From positions 1,943 through 65,942 of the forward strand of contig JADZEI010000066.1 of assembly GCA_020850615.1 (NCBI GenBank): 64,000 nucleotides of DNA, in the 5' to 3' direction. Made by a program: the position numbers and the translations under genes. The notes under the pieces were generated by a model, which saw only the letters and a list, made by a program, of their open reading frames with translations, ran no database searches and was not told the origin of the DNA. Shown here one piece after another: positions 8,358-17,267 of the stretch. The stretch comes from Dehalococcoidia bacterium (GTDB lineage Bacteria > Chloroflexota > Dehalococcoidia > Tepidiformales > Tepidiformaceae). Every line of letters starts with the position of its first letter. Position 1 is the stretch's first letter.

Positions 8358-10052
8358 ATGACGACGGAATGGCCGCGGACCCAGGCGGCACACGAATGGA
8401 CCGGCCGCCAGCGCCAGGTGCTGGACCTCCTCGCGAAGGGGCGTTCGAACAGCGAGATCGCCGCCGCGCTCGGCATCTCGCTCGATGGGGCGAAGTGGCA
8501 TGTGCGCGAGATCATCGGCCAGCTCGGCGTGGAGTCGCGCTACGAAGCGGCCGACTACTGGCGCGTGCGGAACGGGCTGCGCGCGCGGCTCTGGCGGGCC
8601 GGCGCGGCCGTGCTTTCGGCCCAGGCCCTGCGCTGGGTGGGCGCCGGCGCGGCCGTGGTGGTCGCGGGCATCGCCATCGCGGCCGTGGCGCTGGCCCTCC
8701 GCGGCGGTGACGGCGACGGCGAGCCAGCCGCACCAACCGAGACGGAGACGGCAACCGCAACGCCCACCCCGCCGGCCTCCACCACCACCCCTGGTGCGAC
8801 GCCCACGGCTTCGCCCACGCAACAGACCATCGCCGGCATCCCGGTGCGCGAATGGCGGGTGACCGCGCCCCAGGAGCTCCCGCAGGACGTCGTCCTCTAC
8901 ATCGAGAAGGGCTGCATCCAGTGCGACGGGCCGACCGAGGCGCTTGAGCGCGTATCGAACATCGGCAACCCCGGCGACGTCACGCTCAGCGCGCGCACGC
9001 TCTTCGCCTCGAAGGACACCGCCGCGCCGGAGGACTACATCTCCTCGTACGTCTTCGGCACCGGCGGCAGCGACCGCATCTACCTGACGGTCTGCTCGCG
9101 CGGCTACTGCGGCGGCGTGGGCCAGATGACACCAGACGCGCAGACCACGCTCTACCGCTCGACCGACCGCGGGATTACCTGGGAGGAGCGCTGGACGCGC
9201 GACGGCGCCTGGCACGTCCACGGGGCGACGAGCGAGGGCGTGCTCGTGGGGCAGACGGTCCAGGACGCCAGCGGCCAGTTCGCCATCCAGTACTACAACG
9301 ACATCTCCGGCGAGCCCATCACGGTCGTGCCGCCCGCGCCCGGCGCCGAACCGCTCCAGCACCGGGGCGACTTCTCCGGGCTCTGGCGCCTCGCCGACCG
9401 CCGGACCATCGTCCACACCAATGGCGACGTCATCTTCGCGCCGCCCGCAGACCTGGCCACGAACGACGTGGGGGTCTGGCTCGCGGGGGCGATCCACTTC
9501 ATCAACCCGAACGGCTTCCACCTGGTGTGGCAGGCGCCGGATGGCGAGCGGTACTCCGCCCTGGTGCGCGGCAACGCGGTGCAGCAGGTGTTCGCCGAGC
9601 CCGAGGGCCGGAGCGCACCGTACCTGGGCCACTGGCTCACCCCCACGACGGCGCTCGGCACGATGTGGGTGCTCGACAGCGAGCTCGGGCCCGGCGTGAG
9701 CAGCATCGGCGGTGGCCTGAACATGCCCGTGCTCGCCGACTTCGAAGCCGGGACCGTGACGCCGCTCCTGACTTATGGGCCCATCACGGACGAGAAGTAC
9801 CGTGGCCGCAACTACGTCGTGGGCTACGAAGAGGGCACGTTCTTTCGCGTCCAGGCTGGCGGCGACTGCTTGAACCTGCGCGAACAGCCGGAGAGCTCGT
9901 CCCGCAGCCTGGGCTGCTTCGCCGACGACGTCCTCCTCGTGGGCGCGGGCAAGGAGACGATCACCGACGCCGGCGGCACGACCTGGGGCGCGATGACCGC
10001 CCCGGGCCAGCTCCAGGGCTGGGCGGCGATGGACTTCCTCGTGAGGGAATAG
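8358..10052 (+). CDS. membrane-tethered LuxR/GerE-family regulator with large extracytoplasmic domain (Asp-box/BNR motif, SH3b-like C-terminus)
   Basis: ATG 8358 in ORF 7860..10052. N-terminal RQRQVLDLLAKGRSNSEIAAALGISLDGAKWHVREI (LuxR HTH), TM segment VGAGAAVVVAGIAIAAVALAL, Thr/Pro linker, STDRGITW (SxDxGxTW Asp-box), and a C-terminal CLNLREQP…GWAAMDFL SH3-like segment. Confidence 0.75.
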   Translation: MTTEWPRTQAAHEWTGRQRQVLDLLAKGRSNSEIAAALGISLDGAKWHVREIIGQLGVESRYEAADYWRVRNGLRARLWRAGAAVLSAQALRWVGAGAAVVVAGIAIAAVALALRGGDGDGEPAAPTETETATATPTPPASTTTPGATPTASPTQQTIAGIPVREWRVTAPQELPQDVVLYIEKGCIQCDGPTEALERVSNIGNPGDVTLSARTLFASKDTAAPEDYISSYVFGTGGSDRIYLTVCSRGYCGGVGQMTPDAQTTLYRSTDRGITWEERWTRDGAWHVHGATSEGVLVGQTVQDASGQFAIQYYNDISGEPITVVPPAPGAEPLQHRGDFSGLWRLADRRTIVHTNGDVIFAPPADLATNDVGVWLAGAIHFINPNGFHLVWQAPDGERYSALVRGNAVQQVFAEPEGRSAPYLGHWLTPTTALGTMWVLDSELGPGVSSIGGGLNMPVLADFEAGTVTPLLTYGPITDEKYRGRNYVVGYEEGTFFRVQAGGDCLNLREQPESSSRSLGCFADDVLLVGAGKETITDAGGTTWGAMTAPGQLQGWAAMDFLVRE

Positions 10053-10084
10053 CCCAACTTGGGGGTTGGAAAACCCGTAGGGAA

Positions 10085-10138
10085 ACCGGTTGGGGACTGT
10101 TGGGGCATTGCAGCGGGCCCAACCGGTGTTGCGTTTCC
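10085..10138 (+). terminator. stem-loop terminator candidate after the LuxR-type gene
   Basis: Perfect 10-bp stem ACCGGTTGGG…CCCAACCGGT (10085-10094 / 10118-10127) followed by GTTGCGTTTCC. Confidence 0.5.
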
Positions 10139-10319
10139 ATCGCCCAAGCCCGACCGGATATCACACGGCTCTCGCACGGGTTACCCAACCCCGCGGCGAC
10201 GCTAGATGACGCTGTTATGAATCTGCGAGCGGCGGGCTGTCCTTCGAAACCAAACTGCCCAACGGGCTCATCACCCCCATCACCTTCCTTCTCCTATGAC
10301 TCTCTGTAAGGATGGGAGG

Positions 10320-11576
10320 ATGTTGGACGCGGTTGGGATTGAAGTCAGCGGCGGCGATGGCGGGCACGGCCTGGTGAGCTACCACCGGGAGAAGTTCCGG
10401 CCCAAGGGTGGCCCCGATGGTGGCGACGGTGGCCGCGGGGGGCGCATGTTCCTCCGCGCCATCGACGACGTGTACACGCTCGAACAATACCGGGCGAAGA
10501 AGAAGTTCAAGGCAGGCAACGGCGGCAATGGCGGCCCGAACCTCCGCCACGGCGAAAACGGCACCGACCTCAAGCTCGATGTCCCCGTCGGCACGGTAGT
10601 CTTCGACGACGAAAGCGGCGAGCTCGTCGCGGACCTCTACCACCCGGGCGACGAGGTGCTCGTGGCCTTCGGCGGCCGCGGCGGCTGGGGCAACAAGCGG
10701 TTCGCCACCTCTACGAACAAGACGCCCTCGTTCTCCCAGAAGGGCCAGGTGGGCGAAGTGGTGCAGCTCCGCATGGAGATGCGGATGCTCGCGGACGTGG
10801 GCCTCCTGGGGCTGCCGAATGCCGGCAAGTCTACCCTGCTGGCCGCGGTTTCGAACGCCAAGCCGAAGATCGCGAACTACCCGTTCACCACGCTCGAACC
10901 GATGCTCGGGGTCGTCGAGGTCGGCTGGGACCGGTTCACCCTGGCGGACCTGCCGGGGCTGGTGGAAGGCGCGAGCGAGGGCTATGGGCTCGGGTTCGAA
11001 TTCCTGAAGCACGTGAAGCGCTGCCGCGTGCTCCTCCACGTCGTCGACAGCAGCTCGCCCGACCCGGTGACCGACTACGAGCTCATCGAGGGCGAGGTGC
11101 GCGCCTACGACCCGGCCCTGGAGGAGCTCCCCCGCGTGATCGCCGTGACCAAGGCCGACCTCGGCGTCGAACAGGCAGAGGAGCACCGGGCCGCGCTCTC
11201 CGCGCACGTGGGCCAGCCCGTCCACGTCGTCTCGGCCGAGGAGGGCACCGGGCTCGATGCGCTGCTCGCCGGGCTGATGGCGCTTGTCCGGGCCGAACGC
11301 GAGAAGCCGCGCGCCGAGCCGGAGGAGGAGATCGTCCTGCGGCCCGAGGGGCGGGAGCGGTTCACCGTCGAGGAGGTCGAGCTGGGCGTCTACGCGGTCG
11401 AGGGCAAGCGGATCGTGACCTTCGTGGAGATGATGGACACGGGCATGGAGGGCGCCGTCGACGAGGTGTGGCGCCGGCTCGAACGCTGGGGGGTGGCGAA
11501 GGCACTGCAGCGTGCGGGCATTCAGCCCGGCGAAACGGTCCGGATCGGCGCGGTCGAGCTCGAATGGGAGCCGTAA
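10320..11576 (+). CDS. obg: GTPase Obg/CgtA
   Basis: ATG 10320 preceded by GGGAGGA. Gly-rich Obg fold (GGDGGHG…GGPDGGDGGRGG), G1 GLPNAGKST, G3 DLPG, NKAD-like TKAD, and a C-terminal OCT domain. Confidence 0.95.
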   Translation: MLDAVGIEVSGGDGGHGLVSYHREKFRPKGGPDGGDGGRGGRMFLRAIDDVYTLEQYRAKKKFKAGNGGNGGPNLRHGENGTDLKLDVPVGTVVFDDESGELVADLYHPGDEVLVAFGGRGGWGNKRFATSTNKTPSFSQKGQVGEVVQLRMEMRMLADVGLLGLPNAGKSTLLAAVSNAKPKIANYPFTTLEPMLGVVEVGWDRFTLADLPGLVEGASEGYGLGFEFLKHVKRCRVLLHVVDSSSPDPVTDYELIEGEVRAYDPALEELPRVIAVTKADLGVEQAEEHRAALSAHVGQPVHVVSAEEGTGLDALLAGLMALVRAEREKPRAEPEEEIVLRPEGRERFTVEEVELGVYAVEGKRIVTFVEMMDTGMEGAVDEVWRRLERWGVAKALQRAGIQPGETVRIGAVELEWEP

Positions 11577-11682
11577 CGCACGTGAGTAGGCGGCCCAGGG
11601 AGTGAAAGCGCGTCATGACAAGTCGCGAACTGCGTTCGCAGGGGGCTAGGCAACGAAGTTGAGCGTGCACTAAGATGCGCGT

Positions 11683-11740
11683 GGGGAAGCTGCCCCGGGT
11701 CGTGTCCGCTCCACACTCGGGCCCTTCCCCCTTTTCTTTG
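11683..11740 (+). terminator. rho-independent terminator candidate downstream of obg
   Basis: Nested stems GGGGAAG…CTTCCCC and CCCGGGT…ACTCGGG, followed by CTTTTCTTT. Confidence 0.55.
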
Positions 11741-11784
11741 CCCATTTCACCGCCCGGAAGCAGCCCGGCCGGTGGTACCGAACG

Positions 11785-11816
11785 AAAGGCCCGCATCGCG
11801 CGGGCCTTTGTGTGTC
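11785..11816. terminator. bidirectional hairpin terminator
   Basis: AGGCCCGC-ATCGC-GCGGGCCT with TTTGTGTGT on the plus side and TTTCGTT on the minus side. Lies 23 nt downstream of the minus-strand HMA gene. Confidence 0.6.
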
Positions 11817-11838
11817 TGGGGCGAAAGGGCGGAGCTGA

Positions 11839-12081
11839 TCAGTTGAGCGCCGGCACGGATGACTCGCGTGCAACCCGGAAGCCGTAGCGCTCGATGGTGT
11901 CGACGACCTGGTCGACGGTGACGAGTGACGTGACGAAATCGACCCACATGGTGTGGTGGCCCTGGTCGAACTCGACCTTGCGGACCCCATCGATCTGGCG
12001 AACGGCGCGGCCGACGATGCTATCGCAATCGCAGTCCGGCTCGATGCCGTAGATACGCAGGTTGGCCTGTGCGGTTTTCAT
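11839..12081 (-). CDS. heavy-metal-associated (HMA/CopZ-like) domain protein with atypical CxC site
   Basis: 80-aa ORF with a ferredoxin-like HMA pattern (…LRIYGIEPDCDCDSIVGRAVRQIDGVRKVEF…VDTIERYGF). The canonical GMxCxxC is replaced by DCDCD. Confidence 0.6.
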   Translation of the reverse strand: MKTAQANLRIYGIEPDCDCDSIVGRAVRQIDGVRKVEFDQGHHTMWVDFVTSLVTVDQVVDTIERYGFRVARESSVPALN

Positions 12082-12249
12082 CGTGGCTGCCCTTCCGCCG
12101 GATTCCGGAGCCGGGGCCAGCTCGCCAGGCGCTGGCCGCGTTTCCGTAGTCGATATAGTGGGACGGCAGCAGGGGGATTACCATGAGCGTTCACCCCGAA
12201 GCCACGATGTATTGACGATCCTGATACGAGCATCGAGCGAGGCGGGCCA

Positions 12250-12534
12250 TGCCCCGCGATAGCCCGCGAGCACTCGCCCAGGGGACGCGGACCACACCTG
12301 CCCTGCCGGCCGGTCGCTGCGCTTCCGCCCTCGGGCTGCGGGCTGCCGCGAGCATCCGTTTGGCGGCGCCAGCGCCCACGAGGGGCGCGGCTACGGCTCC
12401 GCCACTCGCTGCCGCGCGGCATGGCACGGACAATCCCGCGGAGCCGGTGCTCCGCGACTACGTCTGCGGCGCTTCGGCGGACGCCCCACCCCACGCCTTT
12501 ACGCCTTTCCCCCTCCCCTGTAGCGTCCCCCGCG
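12250..12534. repeat. intergenic REP cluster
   Basis: A1 reverse 12352-12394 with extension 12300-12351. B reverse 12419-12472. Degenerate octamer module 12481-12510. Confidence 0.8.
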
Positions 12535-13395
12535 ATGGATGCCGGGGCGCGGGCGCGGGTGGGGGTGATTGGCGCGGGGCGCGTGGGTGGGGCGCTGGCC
12601 GTGGGGCTCGCGCGCGCCGGGTGGGATGTCGCCGCGGTCGCGAACCGGGACCCGGCGCCGGCACGGGCGCTTGCGGCGGCGGTGGGCGGCGGGGCGGTGC
12701 CGACCACGCCGGCGGAGCTCCTTGCCGCCGCGGACCTCGTCTTCCTCGCCGTGCCGGATGGCCAGGTGGGGCCGCTTGCGGGCGAACTGCCCTGGGTGCG
12801 GCGCCACATCGCGGTCCACTGCAGCGGCGCCCTCGGCCTGGATGTGCTCGGAACGGCGCGGGCGGCCGGCGCCGCGGTGGGGTGCCTCCACCCGCTCCAG
12901 TCGTTCCCTTCGCGCCACCCGGAGCCGGAGCGCTTCCGCGGCGTGGTCTGCGGCGTCGAAGGCGCGGGCGCGGCGGGCGAGCTGCTGGAAGCGGCGGTGG
13001 TCGCGCTCGGTGCCCGGCCACTGCGGCTGGAGGGCGTCGACCGCGCGCTCTACCACGCCGCTGCCGTCTTCGTGAGCAACGACGTCATCGCGCTGGCCGC
13101 GGCCGCGGGGCGCGCCTGGACCATGGCAGGGCTGCCCGCCGGCCTCGCCCGCGAAGCGCTCGCGTCGCTGCTGACCGCGGTCGCCGCGAACATCGCCACG
13201 CGGGAGCTCCCGGACGCGCTCACCGGGCCGGTCGCGCGGGGCGACACCGCGACGGTCGAACGCCACCTCGCGGCGCTCGCAGCGGACCCGGCGCTCCGCG
13301 AGCTCTACCGCGGGCTGGCGCAGGAGCTGCTCCGCCTGGTGGGGTCCGAAGGGCGCGAGGGGATCGCCGCCGCGCTCGAGCGCCCGGTAGAGTAG
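12535..13395 (+). CDS. Rossmann-fold NAD(P)-binding protein with DUF2520 C-terminal domain
   Basis: ATG 12535 in ORF 12421..13395. VGVIGAGRVGGALA dinucleotide-binding motif. LYHAAAVFVSN…TGPVARGD segment typical of DUF2520 proteins. Confidence 0.75.
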   Translation: MDAGARARVGVIGAGRVGGALAVGLARAGWDVAAVANRDPAPARALAAAVGGGAVPTTPAELLAAADLVFLAVPDGQVGPLAGELPWVRRHIAVHCSGALGLDVLGTARAAGAAVGCLHPLQSFPSRHPEPERFRGVVCGVEGAGAAGELLEAAVVALGARPLRLEGVDRALYHAAAVFVSNDVIALAAAAGRAWTMAGLPAGLAREALASLLTAVAANIATRELPDALTGPVARGDTATVERHLAALAADPALRELYRGLAQELLRLVGSEGREGIAAALERPVE

Positions 13396-13418
13396 CGCCC
13401 AAACGAGGAGGGACACCC

Positions 13419-14363
13419 ATGACCAAGCCGAAGATCGGCGTCCACGCGACCGCCGCCACCGTCCGCGACACCATCGCGACCATTGAACGGCTGGAAGCGG
13501 CCGGGCTCGACACGGCCTGGCTCACGAACACCGCCCAGACGCCCGACCCGCTCGGCGTCTTCGCCGCAGCCGCGATGAGCACGGGGCGGATCGAGCTCGG
13601 CACCTCGATCGTGCAGACGTATCCCCGGCACCCGCTCGCGCTCGTGCAGGAAGCACTGGTCATCGACGAGCTGGCGCCCGGACGGCTGCGGCTGGGTGTC
13701 GGCCCGAGCGGGCCGCGCGTCATCGAACCCACCTTCGGCATCCCCTACGCGAAGCCGACGACGCACCTGCGCGAATACGTCACCATCCTCCGCGGCGCCC
13801 TCCACGACGGCGCGGTCGACTTCGAGGGCGAGCTTCTCTCCGGGAAGCTGCGCCTGGCCGGGCCCACGCAGGTGCGGGTCATCGCCTCCGCGCTGCGGGC
13901 GAAGTCGTTCGCGCTCGCCGGGGAGCTCACGGACGGCGCGGTGAGCTGGATGTGCGCGCGCCAGTACATCCGTGACGTGGCCGCGCCTTCGCTCGCCTCC
14001 GGGGCCGCGGCGGCCGGCCGGGAACGCCCCCCGCTCGTGGCCCACGTGCCGCTCGTGGTGAGCACCGACGATGCGGCCGTGCGCGAGCAGGTGCCGGTGC
14101 AATTCGGGTTCTACCTGAAGGTGCAGATGTACCAGAACATGTTCCGCGACGCCGGCTACCCGGAGGCGGCCGAGGGCACCTTCTCGGACCGGCTCATCGA
14201 GAACCTCGCCATCTGGGGCGACGAGGACACGGTCCGCCAGCGCGTGCTCGACATGCGCGCCCACGGCGCCGACGAGGTGCTCGTCTCGATCATCAGCCTC
14301 CGCGACGACCCGGCGGCGCGGGAGCGGACGATCGAGGTGCTGGGGGATTTGGCCAAGGGGTAG
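13419..14363 (+). CDS. LLM-class (luciferase-like) F420-dependent oxidoreductase
   Basis: ATG 13419 preceded by GAGGAGGG, in frame with the tail of ORF 12249..14363. TIM-barrel LLM pattern (…RIELGTSIVQTYPRHPLALVQEA…RLRLGVGPS…). Confidence 0.8.
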   Translation: MTKPKIGVHATAATVRDTIATIERLEAAGLDTAWLTNTAQTPDPLGVFAAAAMSTGRIELGTSIVQTYPRHPLALVQEALVIDELAPGRLRLGVGPSGPRVIEPTFGIPYAKPTTHLREYVTILRGALHDGAVDFEGELLSGKLRLAGPTQVRVIASALRAKSFALAGELTDGAVSWMCARQYIRDVAAPSLASGAAAAGRERPPLVAHVPLVVSTDDAAVREQVPVQFGFYLKVQMYQNMFRDAGYPEAAEGTFSDRLIENLAIWGDEDTVRQRVLDMRAHGADEVLVSIISLRDDPAARERTIEVLGDLAKG

Positions 14364-14389
14364 CGGGGAGTACGGGGGCGAGGGCCCGC

Positions 14390-14810
14390 GCTCCGTTGGG
14401 GGCCGGGCGGGGTGGTGGACGGTGAGCACGTAGGCCAGCGTCGTCACCGGTCCCACGCCCGGGACGCGCCGGAGGTGGAGGGCTCGGGGTGGCTCTTCGA
14501 GCCCTGGCTATCATCTCCAGGAGGGGGTGTGGGCCGCCTCTCGCCCGGCCGGGATGACGAGGGTGGCGTGGCGGGCGAAGTTGCGGGCGTCGCAAGCTTC
14601 GACGCGCCCTCCGGCGGCTTTCAGGGTGCCGCGGACGTGGTTGATCAGCTGCGTCCGGCTCTCGATCAGGACCCTGCGCACGCGGACGAACTCGAGGTCG
14701 GCCTGGCCGGCTTCGCTGGGGTGCTCGACGGGTTGCAGCACCTCCCGCGGCAGCTGCCCCATCCAGGCGAGGGTCGGTCTTGTTGAGGCTCTTGCGGATC
14801 ACTCCCAGGC
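14390..14810 (-). pseudogene. IS110-family transposase remnant (internal fragment with frameshift and in-frame stops)
   Basis: Minus-strand translation gives IRKSLNKTDP…, then (frame change) LEFVRVRRVLIESRTQLINHVRGTLKAAG, then TGA TAG, then LRRVPGVGPVTTLAYVLTV. These match conserved IS110 blocks (KTDxxDA, RxxLvxxRtxxxNxLr, PGVGPxTA). Both ends of the gene are missing. Confidence 0.65.
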
Positions 14811-14828
14811 GCCCGCAGGCACGGTGAA

Positions 14829-14867
14829 GCCCCCAACCCGCAGGCGGAGTCGCCGCGGGTTGGGGGC
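14829..14867 (-). terminator. 13-bp stem-loop downstream of the FAD oxidase gene
   Basis: GCCCCCAACCCGC…GCGGGTTGGGGGC, 27 nt after the stop at 14894. No clear U-tract. Confidence 0.4.
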
Positions 14868-14893
14868 CTTGGGTGGTGGGCCGGTGAGCTGCG

Positions 14894-16318
14894 TCAGGCG
14901 GCCTTGCGCTGGCTGTCCGGGGTGGCCGGGCGGACGTTCTGGTTGAACCGGAAGACGTTGTCCGGGTCGTACTTCGCCTTCACCTGGGCGAGCCGCTCGT
15001 AGGCGCCCTTCGCGTAGGCTTCGCGCACACGGCCTTCGCCTTCGTCGCCGATGAAGTTGACGTAGACGCCCTCGCTCAGGTGCTTCATCCGCTCCCACGT
15101 CTCGTCCGCCCAGGCGACGTGCGGGGCTTCGTCCGTCACCGTCTCGTCCCAGAGGCCGAGCACCGAGACGAAGTACTTCTTGTCGCGGTGGACGAACGCG
15201 TTCGAATCCGCCGGGATGCGGGCGAGCTGCCCGCCGAGGCCGCGCAGGTGGATGCCGGCCATCGGCGACGGCGCGTTGTCCACCGCCGCGATCCAGCCGT
15301 CGATCGTCTCGTCCGGCACCTCGTTCGTGAACATCATCTTCACGCGCCCGCCGTGCGGGGCTTCGGCGAACTGCATGTACTGGAACATCACCGGGTAGGG
15401 GACCGTCTCGACCGTGTCGGCGATCGGCTCGGCCAGGGCGCGCAGCGGGGCCATCGCCTGCGGCCCGTCCGCGGCATCGCCAATCCAGGCGGCGAGGAGG
15501 ATGAGCACGCGCTCGCCCAGGCGCTCTTCGGGGATGAACGGCGCCGGCGGGGCGTGGGTGATCGTCGCCATCGTGGTGAGCTCGTCCGGCGCCGTCGCGC
15601 TGTATTCGAGGTAGCCGCGGACCACGTCGCGCGTCGCCGGGAGGATGATCGCGCCGCCGTAGACGTGCTTCACGGGCACGAGCTTGAATTCGAACTCGAC
15701 GATGACGCCGAAGTTGCCGCCGCCGCCGCGGATGGCCCAGAACAGGTCGCTGTTCTGGAGGGCGCTGGCCGTGACGACGCTGCCATCGGCGAGGACGAGC
15801 TTCGCGGAGAGCAGGCGGTCGGCGGCGATGCCGTACTTGCGCACGAACCAGCCGACGCCGCCGCCGGTCACCAGCCCGCCGAGCCCGACGGTGCCGGTGT
15901 CGCCGGTCGAAAGCGCGAGGCCGTGTTCGTGCGCCGGGATGGCGAGGTCGTAGCTGCGGGCGCCGCCCTGGACCTTCGCGACCTGGCGGACCGGGTCGAT
16001 CTCGACGCCCGTCATGCCGGCGAGGTCGATGAGCACGGCGCCATCGACGACGCTGAAGCCGCCGACCGAGTGGCCGCCGCAGCGGACCGAGAAGGGGATG
16101 CCGTTGGCGCGGGCGAAGGTCACCGTTTCGGCGACATCTTCGCTGCGGCTGGCGCGGACGATGACGGAGGGGAAGCGGTTGTAGAGGAGGTTGGCGCCGT
16201 GGCGCGTGGTCTCGTAGGACTCGTCGCCGGGGAGGATGACCTCGCCCTGGACGCGGGTGCGGAGCTCGTCGATGGTGCGGGCGGCGTTGCGGATGGGGGT
16301 GGTGTTCTGGGTGTTCAT
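14894..16318 (-). CDS. FAD-linked oxidase (FAD_binding_4 + berberine-bridge/BBE C-terminal domain)
   Basis: ATG 16318 with AGGAGAGG upstream. RCGGHSVGGFS FAD-binding region and C-terminal YDPDNVFRFNQNVRP BBE signature. Confidence 0.85.
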   Translation of the reverse strand: MNTQNTTPIRNAARTIDELRTRVQGEVILPGDESYETTRHGANLLYNRFPSVIVRASRSEDVAETVTFARANGIPFSVRCGGHSVGGFSVVDGAVLIDLAGMTGVEIDPVRQVAKVQGGARSYDLAIPAHEHGLALSTGDTGTVGLGGLVTGGGVGWFVRKYGIAADRLLSAKLVLADGSVVTASALQNSDLFWAIRGGGGNFGVIVEFEFKLVPVKHVYGGAIILPATRDVVRGYLEYSATAPDELTTMATITHAPPAPFIPEERLGERVLILLAAWIGDAADGPQAMAPLRALAEPIADTVETVPYPVMFQYMQFAEAPHGGRVKMMFTNEVPDETIDGWIAAVDNAPSPMAGIHLRGLGGQLARIPADSNAFVHRDKKYFVSVLGLWDETVTDEAPHVAWADETWERMKHLSEGVYVNFIGDEGEGRVREAYAKGAYERLAQVKAKYDPDNVFRFNQNVRPATPDSQRKAA

Positions 16319-16486
16319 GGCTTGGGGGACCTCTCCTGTGGTGTCGAAAACGAGCATGGCGCTCGCGGAGAGGGCGGCTCTTGGGCCCAGTTCACATTCG
16401 TTCTTAAGGGATCGCTAACGGGTGACTAAGCGTTTCCTAAATGCCCAGATAGGCGGCGCAAATGGCGGCGGCGGGGCCTCCGGATA

Positions 16487-16506
16487 CCCAGTTCCCGGTT
16501 CCCAGA
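16487..16506. repeat. heptamer mini-array (GGGAACT type)
   Basis: ACCCAGTTCCCGGTTCCCAG. Confidence 0.5.
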
Positions 16507-16534
16507 GGCGTTCGCGGCGTGGTCGCTCGCGGGC

Positions 16535-16978
16535 TCAGTCCCCGGGTGTGCGCGCTCCCCGGGCGTGGGTGAGGTCCAGCTGGCAAAGCCGGCGTTCCAC
16601 CTCTGCCAGGGCATCGTTGCGGTCGAGCAGCGTCATCACATACTGGTTGAGACTGACGCCGTCTCTTCGCGCCGACGCGACCAGGCGGCGGTGAAGCGAC
16701 TTCGGAAGGCGCACGTTGAACCGGCCGCTGTAGGTTTCGGGTTGGGACGGCTCGGGGATCGAGGCGCCGCGCTCGTACTCCGTCTCGATCCAGAGCTGCC
16801 GGATCTCCGCGGCGGCCGTGCTGACCTCATCGAGCGCCTCGACCTGGGTCATGCAGCCCGGCAGATCCGGGAAGAGGATCACGTAGCCGCCTTCGGCATC
16901 GGCGATGACGTCGAACGAGTACTCCAGTCCGAGGTAGTGACCCAGGGGTCGCCGCATGAGGGCCGTTGCTTCACTCAT
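16535..16978 (-). CDS. hicB: HicB-family antitoxin (HicB fold + C-terminal ribbon-helix-helix)
   Basis: Start ATG 16978 overlaps the hicA stop (ATGAGTGA). YVILFPDLPGCMTQVEALDE (HicB N-domain) and SGRFNVRLPKSLHRRLVASARRDGVSLNQYV (RHH). Confidence 0.8.
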   Translation of the reverse strand: MSEATALMRRPLGHYLGLEYSFDVIADAEGGYVILFPDLPGCMTQVEALDEVSTAAAEIRQLWIETEYERGASIPEPSQPETYSGRFNVRLPKSLHRRLVASARRDGVSLNQYVMTLLDRNDALAEVERRLCQLDLTHARGARTPGD

Positions 16979-17246
16979 CTTCCGGATCCAATCCGAGCCG
17001 TTCGCACAGCTCATCGAGGTAGACACGCTTGACCTTGCTGCCGTCCTTCAACGGCATGACTATCGACCGCTCGCCGGCCTTGGTGAAGCTGATGTGGCTG
17101 CCCACCTGGCGGGCCTGGGCCCAGCCGAAGGCTTCCAGCACACGGCGAACGTCGCCGAAGTCGGCTTCCGAGGGCCGGGCAACGATGCGAGCGATGGACT
17201 TATCCAGCTTCGTCACCCGGCCACTCGGGATTTCAGTACCACACAC
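16971..17246 (-). CDS. hicA: HicA-family mRNA-interferase toxin
   Basis: GTG start at 17246, or alternatively GTG at 17216. FGDVRRVLEAFGWAQARQVGSHISFTK…KVKRVYLDELCERLGL matches the YcfA/HicA pattern including GSH. Confidence 0.75.
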   Translation of the reverse strand: MCGTEIPSGRVTKLDKSIARIVARPSEADFGDVRRVLEAFGWAQARQVGSHISFTKAGERSIVMPLKDGSKVKRVYLDELCERLGLDPEDE

Positions 17247-17267
17247 AGTACCACGTTGAGTCCCCTC

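Noticed and set aside
11753-11766. SRP-RNA-like CCGGAAGCAGCC motif
   Set aside because: Only a partial match to the domain IV consensus. The flanking sequence lacks the conserved GGUGCUGUUU/CAGGUC elements and the expected helix 8 pairing.
12249-13418. N-terminal 390 codons of the 704-aa ORF 12249..14363
   Set aside because: This part overlaps the DUF2520 Rossmann gene in another frame and is Arg/Gly/Ala-rich nonsense. Only the part from ATG 13419, which has a good SD, matches the LLM oxidoreductase pattern.
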